Shown one piece after another: positions 57,142 through 64,000 of a stretch of 64,000 bases of DNA. The notes beneath the pieces were generated by a model. The model was not told the DNA's origin, did not search any database, and saw only the letters and a program-made list of their open reading frames with translations. Source of the stretch: a virus; IMG/VR virus record IMGVR_UViG_3300042197_000642, positions 1-64,000 of that record, one strand, 5' to 3'. The position numbers were made by a program, and so were the translations under genes. Position 1 is the first letter of the stretch, and each line of letters begins with the position of its first letter.

Positions 57142-57551
57142 TAGTTACTCTCCTCTTCTTTAGGGTACTTCTCTTTAACTGCTTTAATTCTAGCGTCAAT
57201 TTCTTTAATTGGCTTGTCATTTCCTTGACGAGCATCATAAAGGGCTGCTAGTTGGTCTGCAGCTGACGGGTACTCCAGAATTCTATCGTTTATAATCATT
57301 TGACCTTTTATTGCTTCTTTTGCTGCTTTTTGGTCTTCAGTCTCTTCAATGTTATAAACTGTAACTGTGATCTCTGGGTCTGTTGGTTCGCCTTGGAATC
57401 CGTATTCACTAGTAACGTTTAGCTCAACGTTCTCTGGTGTTTCTACGTCTTCTGGCTTTTCGCTGTAGATTACTTCTAAAACAGGAGCCTCTACTACCTC
57501 AGGGGCTGGCACAATTGGTGCATCTAATTCATTGTTAATATCTTCTGACAT
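57141..57551 (-). CDS. Tail fibre assembly-like protein
   Basis: R..EYPS..DQL.ALY..I.AVKEKYPK. Confidence 0.7.
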   Translation of the reverse strand: MSEDINNELDAPIVPAPEVVEAPVLEVIYSEKPEDVETPENVELNVTSEYGFQGEPTDPEITVTVYNIEETEDQKAAKEAIKGQMIINDRILEYPSAADQLAALYDARQGNDKPIKEIDARIKAVKEKYPKEEESN

Positions 57552-57559
57552 ATTTCCTC

Positions 57560-58306
57560 CTATTTAATTCCGTATATAGCAACCCAAGATTGCGGGTGCA
57601 AATACCCAGATTCAGCTTGAATCCAAATTCTATGAATAGGCCTTGAATTTCTGTTTGAGTCACCTTCGTTAGCTTGGTTCCAACCATAACCATAAGATTG
57701 GTAGCCTATCTCTTCTTGGGTTCTCCAACCTATCCAGTGATGTACGTTTTGTTCTCTACTATAGCCAGGTATATGAATTTCGGTATAGCCTGAGTTGTAG
57801 TTATCAGGGCTATAATATCTACCTATGTAATACCTATCAGCGTTATCTACGTTTTGAGTAGACGTACCCGTGTAAGCCCAACGACTATAATGTCCAGTGT
57901 TACCGCTTCCACTATAGTTATTAAAGCGCATAGAAACCCAGTTAGGGTAAGTACCGCGTTCTCCATAAAACTCACCTTTAATTACTAATGTTCTATAAGT
58001 TTGTGGAATAAAGTTAAACTCCAACTGATGCATGTTATGGCCATCATTAGTTCCGTTTGCTAATCTGTAACCAGCACGGTTGTCAGTATCTAACTTCATA
58101 CTATTTTTTGGATCCCACATAGCTAACAATACGTAATCTTTAGCCTGCCAAGCAAATTGTTTTTCATACGCTTGTTGTTGAGTTTCAGGATACTTTGGGT
58201 CAAGACTTTGCCATGAGTAGTCACCATCTTGGCTTGAGTTCTTTACCAATACATCCCAACGTTTACCGCCGTGCTTTATTGGATCTGGATTAAACGTATT
58301 AGCCAT
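57560..58306 (-). CDS. Tail fibre-associated beta protein
   Basis: IPQTY..L.I..MRFN..Y..IPGYS..YGIK; start MANTF at 58306. Confidence 0.65.
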   Translation of the reverse strand: MANTFNPDPIKHGGKRWDVLVKNSSQDGDYSWQSLDPKYPETQQQAYEKQFAWQAKDYVLLAMWDPKNSMKLDTDNRAGYRLANGTNDGHNMHQLEFNFIPQTYRTLVIKGEFYGERGTYPNWVSMRFNNYSGSGNTGHYSRWAYTGTSTQNVDNADRYYIGRYYSPDNYNSGYTEIHIPGYSREQNVHHWIGWRTQEEIGYQSYGYGWNQANEGDSNRNSRPIHRIWIQAESGYLHPQSWVAIYGIK

Positions 58307-58307
58307 G

Positions 58308-59369
58308 TTATGCGACCTCCGCGCCAAATAGATTAAAGTTAATTTCACCAGAGTCTGCCGCTACATACAATTTATCTCCAGCTGACAAGGTGATTCCTTG
58401 TCCAAGTGTACGGCTTTGACGAGGGGATACCTGCTCATCAAATGCAATAAAGTGGTCTAGTGATAGGTTTTCAAATGATGTTCCAGATGGAAGAATTGCA
58501 ATTCTGTATGGAGAGTTAATTTTTCCTGCATTTGTTACAACAATAGAAGAAACCATTGTTGAAGTCGAGGCTGGAACTGTGTATAGAAGTGTTTGAGGGC
58601 CAGCAAATGAACGGCCTGTATATGACTTATTTACATCTCCCAAGAAGCCATTACGACGCTTATCAAATGGAGCAAGATATGTCATGTCCGGAACATCTGG
58701 GTTAAATGGAGCCTCAGCATACTCTCTGTAACGGCCAAAATATAAATCATCAAACATATGATAGATATTATCTGCTGATGTTTTATAGAAAGCAAAACTT
58801 ACATATGAAGTACGACCATCTGTAGTCATTGTAGTAAATATTCTTTGCCATTTATTAGTACCACCAGTATTAGCGTAATCTGCAGAGAAATCAAGATCAT
58901 TGCCAGTAACATATCTGTAATCTTCATCCCATTGATGAATACGGAAACGGTAGGTAGATGCTGTGTTAGAACTCCAACGCATTAAACTAAATCCATAGTT
59001 GTATTGCTGCTGAGCAGATACTGGAACTAGATCCTCTGGATATGGGCAAAGCGTAGTTTGGTTTACGCCTCTAAATGGATCCCATCCGGTATACAAAGCA
59101 ACAGCACGAGAGTCATCAGCTGAAAATTGTGCACATATATCACTTCCCCAAGTATTTGGGTAAATAGCAGGCTCACTAGTTGAGCTGTTTAGTAACGCCT
59201 CACTTAAATAATATCTAATGTATGGAGTTGAGTTTCTTGAGTCAGTCGTCATTTTCCAACCTTCAATTGAACGTTGTTCAAAAGACGGGTTCTTAACGTA
59301 GTTAATGATTTCAGGAGGACGAGCTGCAGAAGGTCTTACCTGTGCTAATGATTTATAATTAAATGCCAT
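58308..59369 (-). CDS. Virion protein with CBM-like insert (paralog A)
   Basis: YK.L..VRP N-terminus; N..KNPSF CBM-like region; LYTVP..FGAE C-terminus. Confidence 0.7.
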   Translation of the reverse strand: MAFNYKSLAQVRPSAARPPEIINYVKNPSFEQRSIEGWKMTTDSRNSTPYIRYYLSEALLNSSTSEPAIYPNTWGSDICAQFSADDSRAVALYTGWDPFRGVNQTTLCPYPEDLVPVSAQQQYNYGFSLMRWSSNTASTYRFRIHQWDEDYRYVTGNDLDFSADYANTGGTNKWQRIFTTMTTDGRTSYVSFAFYKTSADNIYHMFDDLYFGRYREYAEAPFNPDVPDMTYLAPFDKRRNGFLGDVNKSYTGRSFAGPQTLLYTVPASTSTMVSSIVVTNAGKINSPYRIAILPSGTSFENLSLDHFIAFDEQVSPRQSRTLGQGITLSAGDKLYVAADSGEINFNLFGAEVA

Positions 59370-59370
59370 G

Positions 59371-60438
59371 TTAGCTTATCTCCGCTCCAAATAGTTTGAA
59401 GTTTACTTCTCCGCTATCTGCGGCTACATACAACTTATCTCCAGCAGAAAGAGTCATTCCTTGAATCAAAGTTTGACTATTTTGAGGCTTTAACATCTCA
59501 TCAAATCTTAAAAAGTGCTTTAAGGAAAGGTCATTAAGAGTTTCTCCAGATTTAATTAACGCGACTCTTTGTGGAGTTACTATTTTTCCAACATTAGTAG
59601 AAATCAAACTTGAAACAGTAGTTTGAGTTGCGTTAGGAGTTGTATATAACAAAGATAATGGACCAGCATAAGAACGGCCTGTATATGAATTTCCAGGATC
59701 TCCTAAATATCCGTTGCGACGCTTATCAAATGGATAAAGATATGTACAATCAATTGACCCATCTAAGCTAAATGGAGCTTCTGCGTACTCTTTGTACTCA
59801 CCAAAGTAAATATCAGTAATGTAAGGAGATGCGCCGTTTCCGTTAGTAGTTTGAATACTTATGCTAACCCACATACAATCTTGCTGCAGTTCAATAGTAG
59901 AAAAGTATCTTTCAAACTTTGATGCGCCACCGTTCCACGCACCGTTGTTACCAGGGTTGTGGTTCCAATCGTTCCAAGTAATCCAACGCTTATCTCCATC
60001 ATACTGGTACAAACGATACTGTATGTTGTTTGTACTTGAAGTTACCGGCATTTGACTCCAAGCAATATTATATTGTTTATAAGGATTTACTGGAATTAAA
60101 TTATGAGGTTGGTTTGCTGTATTGCTAGTTCGATGGGACATATCATATGGCTCTGACATGTAAATTCCCATTGAAATATCAGCTTCTGAAGTCCAACGAA
60201 GAACGTTTTTGCTACCCCAAGTTGCTGGGTAAGACTGTGGCTCACCACTAACAGTGTCTAGAAGTTGCTCTACCGGATAAATGTTTTGATACCAATGGTA
60301 TCGTCGGTCAGATGCCCATGTATACCAATTATCAAGACCACGCTCAGTAAATGATGGATTTTTAATCCAGTTAAACACTTCAGTCTTTTTAGCCGCAGTT
60401 GGACGGACTGAGCCTAACATCTTATATACTTGAGGCAT
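59371..60438 (-). CDS. Virion protein with CBM-like insert (paralog B)
   Basis: Colinear with 58308..59369 (PFDKRRNG, SYTGRS, LSAGDKLYVAADSGE). Confidence 0.7.
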   Translation of the reverse strand: MPQVYKMLGSVRPTAAKKTEVFNWIKNPSFTERGLDNWYTWASDRRYHWYQNIYPVEQLLDTVSGEPQSYPATWGSKNVLRWTSEADISMGIYMSEPYDMSHRTSNTANQPHNLIPVNPYKQYNIAWSQMPVTSSTNNIQYRLYQYDGDKRWITWNDWNHNPGNNGAWNGGASKFERYFSTIELQQDCMWVSISIQTTNGNGASPYITDIYFGEYKEYAEAPFSLDGSIDCTYLYPFDKRRNGYLGDPGNSYTGRSYAGPLSLLYTTPNATQTTVSSLISTNVGKIVTPQRVALIKSGETLNDLSLKHFLRFDEMLKPQNSQTLIQGMTLSAGDKLYVAADSGEVNFKLFGAEIS

Positions 60439-60491
60439 TATTTACCCTTTTCTTCCGAAGTAACTATATCACACAGATTCTTGTTCATGGG

Positions 60492-63400
60492 TTATAACGC
60501 CGCCATCATGAATGGGTGAGCAAATGTTACGTTATCTACATAATCTTTTCTAGTAGCGTGTGAGGCTGCGGTTGGAAGCGCATTTGTAATTGAAACAAAT
60601 GGAGCGCTTGCACTAGTTGAAGCTGCAAGGGTTGTAACCTCTGTAGCTCCAGCTTTAAAGGCATCAAAAGTAACACCAGCAAAGTTAATTGTTCCACCAG
60701 TTGGGCGTGTATCTAACTCTGAGAATAGTTTCCACTTACCATCAGTATTATCTTTAGCAAGGCCTGCGTACTTTGGACGATATACGTTTGTAGCGTTTGC
60801 AGCACCTGATAAACCGGTTAAAGTAGTATCAGCAGTTGTTAAGTTAACTGTAATAGATGATGTTCCAACAGCTGCTACGGCATACGTACCATTAAAGGTT
60901 CCGTTTACGCCAGTAATAACTACAGAGTCGTTTACACGGAACTTCTCTTCAGGGAGAACTCCACCTGGGTAAGTAAGTGCAAATGTTGCTAAGTTACTCG
61001 ATACAGAAACTGCTGTAACTGTCGCAGTTGGGTCAATTGTTGTTACAAGTGCATATTCTGCAACTAAACCAAGCTCAAAGTTATTCTGTGGATTATCGGC
61101 ACCTACGAAGATAAGCGGGTCAGTAACAGACAAGTTAGCGGTGCTAACAGTTGTACCAGAACCACCGAATGAAATGGTACCTTGGATGTAGACGTCACCT
61201 TGAATACCTACACCACCAACAACGGTTAATGCACCAGTAGTTGGGCTAATAGAAGCGGTTGGAATCTCAATGTGTATGTTTAAGTCTGGCGTAATAACCA
61301 TTTGAGTGTTATCAGAAGACAGACCGCCAGCAGCAAATACAATTTTGTTTTCAGTTCCGCGACCACCAGTTGCGAATACTAAATTACCGCTACCTGTAGT
61401 TCCTTGTGGTGCATCCATAAAGATGTAACCATCGTTACCACCTGTAATTGTAAACTCTGGATCAGCAAAGTTCTCTGAAGTAATACCCATATCAATATAA
61501 CCAGAGAAGTCATCACCATTGTTTGCATATGCAATAAAGTCAGATGAAGAGTTAGGATCTGTACCAATGTTTTGTACTACTAATTGAGCATAGTCATCTG
61601 CGTCAGCGACAAACACAGCCATTGGATTAGTAAATCCAGGAACTTGAGAAGCAGTTCCTGAAGCAACTACTGTGTTAGCTACTAGAGATCCAGTGCTTGA
61701 ATACGTAAATGTTGTAGCAGTAGGTACATCTATAACTTCAATTTCACCATCAAATGTTGCATCACCAATTGCTACAGTAACTAGCATAAATGGAGCAAAG
61801 TTGTGCGCTGCTGTTGTAGTTAAGGTAGCAACGTTAGATGCATCTCTTGATTTAAAGCTAACAGTCTTTACGTTTGTACCAACGTTTTCTGCTTGCTCTG
61901 GTGCGTCAGCTCCTACAAATAGGGCGTCACGAGCAATAATTCCACCAGACTCAACGCTTAGGTCACCCGCCATAAACATATCACCTTGTACACCAACGCC
62001 TCCAACAATTGTTAGGGCACCGGTAGATGGTGAAGTGGATGGAGTAGCAATCTCAATATGTACATTTTGATCTGGCATAATAGTTACTTGTTCATTACCA
62101 GAAGAAAAACCACCAGCAGCAAATACGATAGCATTTCGTTCTCCGCCATCACCAGTTGCTAGAACTAAATCACCATTTCCATATCCTTGCACCGCTTGAC
62201 CAGATAAGCCTGAGGCTGCAGCAATGTTTGCATTTGTTTTTGCATAGGTAAATGTTGTTGTTGTTGGGGTTCCAGTAATAGTGTAGGTTCCGTTATAAGC
62301 AGACGCTAAACCAGTAATAACAACTGGTAACCCAGATTTAAATCCATGAGCTGCGCTTGTAGTAAGGGTTACTACGTTTGAATTAAGTACTGAGTTTGTT
62401 ACTGTTCTAGTTTTAGATGGGACACCCTGTACAAAGATATAACCATCGTTTGGACCAGTAATTCCAAAAGTCTCGGAATCAAACATGCTGTTGGCGATAC
62501 CTACATCAATAAAGCCTTCGTCATTGTTTCCTTGGTCACTGTAAACAATTATGTCAGCTGAAGACTCAGTTCCTTGTCCTTCATTTTTATAAGCAATTTG
62601 AGTATAGTTAGTTGAAGTGTCAACAAATACCGCAGTTGCATCGGTTAAACCAGCATCTGTTTCAAACTCTTCTGCTGAATCGGCAACAGTAGCTGAGTCG
62701 CTTACATAAAGTTTGTTTACCTCATAGCCCCAGAATGGATCTGTACCATCAGTTCCAAGAATCTTTCCAGCATTACCAACTTGACCAGGTAAGTAATCTG
62801 CTCCTTGAGCAAATAAATCCCACTTAGTAGAATCAGCGGCAATACTTGCGCCTGAAGTAAAGTCCTGGTTTGCAATGTAAGTGTCAACACCGTCAAATGC
62901 TAAATCTCCAGTTAAATAAGGAGTGCTAGCTGTAAAGTCTCCAGTAACACGTATACCACCATTAAAAGCTTGCCACTTTGCTTCAGCAAGATCTGCAGAA
63001 AACGTTCCAGATGATATGTGCGCTAGTAAAGCTATATAAGTTTTACCGCCACGATTTACAACGTCATTTGGGTAGTACTGAGTTGTGCCAGCCCATTCAC
63101 TTCTATAAGATATACCACCACTAAATGCTTGCCAATAGGTTGTATTTGTAGGTACGTTTCCTGTTGTTTCTAAAATACATGTAAAAGTGTTTGCGCCGTA
63201 AGCTACAACATCTCCAGGAACATAATTAGTTCCGTTATTGTAAACACCAGATGCAGCAATACCATCAACAAACTTATCCCAATAAGTTGTATTAGTTGGT
63301 AAGTTACCCGCACCATCAACTTTAGCAATATAAGCTTTTCCGCCGTATTTTACAACGTCATTCTTTTGATAAGTTGTAGAACCGTTGTAAGAACCTTCGT

Positions 63401-63740
63401 ATTGAATACCATCAACAAACTGTGACCAGTATGTAGCATTTGGTGGAGTAATGTTTACGCTGTTTGCAATAGCAATATAAACTTTACCACCATGCGCAAC
63501 ACCATCACCAACTTGATAGCTAGTTCCTGAAACATATGGTCCTTCAAAGTTAATGCCTCTTAGCATTAATGACCAGTAAGCTACATCAGTTGGTAGGTTA
63601 CCAGCAGCTGAAATTACGGAAATGTAAACGTATACGTTACCGCCATACTTTACAACATCGTTAACTTCATATGTAGTTGAGTTGTTATACTCACCGGCAA
63701 AAAAGAAACGCAGTTTGCCTAAATCAATAAGTTGCGGCAT
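60492..63740 (-). CDS. Large tail fibre/adhesin with N-terminal CBM5/12-like repeats and an internal duplication
   Basis: Repeated G.Y...T.Y..NDVV.YGG..Y..P.N..YW; duplicated ITG.NDGYIF..IVFAAGG..TGALT.VGGVG. Confidence 0.8.
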   Translation of the reverse strand: MPQLIDLGKLRFFFAGEYNNSTTYEVNDVVKYGGNVYVYISVISAAGNLPTDVAYWSLMLRGINFEGPYVSGTSYQVGDGVAHGGKVYIAIANSVNITPPNATYWSQFVDGIQYEGSYNGSTTYQKNDVVKYGGKAYIAKVDGAGNLPTNTTYWDKFVDGIAASGVYNNGTNYVPGDVVAYGANTFTCILETTGNVPTNTTYWQAFSGGISYRSEWAGTTQYYPNDVVNRGGKTYIALLAHISSGTFSADLAEAKWQAFNGGIRVTGDFTASTPYLTGDLAFDGVDTYIANQDFTSGASIAADSTKWDLFAQGADYLPGQVGNAGKILGTDGTDPFWGYEVNKLYVSDSATVADSAEEFETDAGLTDATAVFVDTSTNYTQIAYKNEGQGTESSADIIVYSDQGNNDEGFIDVGIANSMFDSETFGITGPNDGYIFVQGVPSKTRTVTNSVLNSNVVTLTTSAAHGFKSGLPVVITGLASAYNGTYTITGTPTTTTFTYAKTNANIAAASGLSGQAVQGYGNGDLVLATGDGGERNAIVFAAGGFSSGNEQVTIMPDQNVHIEIATPSTSPSTGALTIVGGVGVQGDMFMAGDLSVESGGIIARDALFVGADAPEQAENVGTNVKTVSFKSRDASNVATLTTTAAHNFAPFMLVTVAIGDATFDGEIEVIDVPTATTFTYSSTGSLVANTVVASGTASQVPGFTNPMAVFVADADDYAQLVVQNIGTDPNSSSDFIAYANNGDDFSGYIDMGITSENFADPEFTITGGNDGYIFMDAPQGTTGSGNLVFATGGRGTENKIVFAAGGLSSDNTQMVITPDLNIHIEIPTASISPTTGALTVVGGVGIQGDVYIQGTISFGGSGTTVSTANLSVTDPLIFVGADNPQNNFELGLVAEYALVTTIDPTATVTAVSVSSNLATFALTYPGGVLPEEKFRVNDSVVITGVNGTFNGTYAVAAVGTSSITVNLTTADTTLTGLSGAANATNVYRPKYAGLAKDNTDGKWKLFSELDTRPTGGTINFAGVTFDAFKAGATEVTTLAASTSASAPFVSITNALPTAASHATRKDYVDNVTFAHPFMMAAL

Positions 63741-63982
63741 TACCTAACCTCCGTAAGCAGGTGAGACTTGTTGGAACTATTCCACTGAAAAGATAAATCA
63801 CGTTTTGTCCAAACCCACTGTTTATAATCATTTGAACTAACAGATGTTTCAGTAGGTAGAGTCACAGGTGATCCGTCATTTATCTCTTCTACTGTAAGTT
63901 TAGCAGTAATAGGGTTATATTTGAACCCGTAAAAGGTCTGATCGCTAACATCATTTATATTAAAAGTATCGACATTTCCCAC
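63740..63982 (-). CDS. Small virion-associated hypothetical protein
   Basis: FYGF..YKQW motif; start may lie beyond the window. Confidence 0.55.
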   Translation of the reverse strand: MGNVDTFNINDVSDQTFYGFKYNPITAKLTVEEINDGSPVTLPTETSVSSNDYKQWVWTKRDLSFQWNSSNKSHLLTEVR

Positions 63983-64000
63983 TAAATCATTGGCACCTGG

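Noticed and set aside
58308-60438. Diversity-generating retroelement TR/VR pair
   Set aside because: Both copies are full coding paralogs, I saw no adenine-specific mismatch pattern, and no reverse transcriptase is in the window.

Overview
A 64 kb segment of a low-GC, contractile-tailed (myovirus-like) phage genome. The host is most likely an actinobacterium, possibly a streamlined freshwater lineage. This is inferred from WhiB, an FmdB-type Zn ribbon, an actinobacterial-looking PduO and leaderless promoters. Layout: (i) 1-7135, a plus-strand block of small genes plus a MoxR/CobS-like AAA+ ATPase and VWA partner, almost free of common 4-bp restriction palindromes. (ii) From 7170 on, everything runs on the minus strand: a cobalamin-linked module (class II RNR, putative B12-binding exported protein, micro membrane protein, PduO); a TGT-like/HAD-like/nucleotidyltransferase cluster; small basic ORFs; a metallophosphoesterase; SpoVS; recombination genes (RuvC, Cas4-like, WhiB, Hjc-like, RecA); replication genes (PolA, SSB, SNF2 helicase, dNMP kinase, primase, DnaB, DnaC-like, initiator). 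(iii) Baseplate, tail and neck genes, with a probable +1 frameshifted tail chaperone, three tandem unannotated MCAxCGC Lys-rich microproteins, a GT2-TPR glycosyltransferase beside collagen-like fibres, and carbohydrate-binding tail fibres. I recognised no capsid, portal, large terminase, integrase, tRNA or CRISPR array. Product calls come from motif recognition by eye, not database searches.
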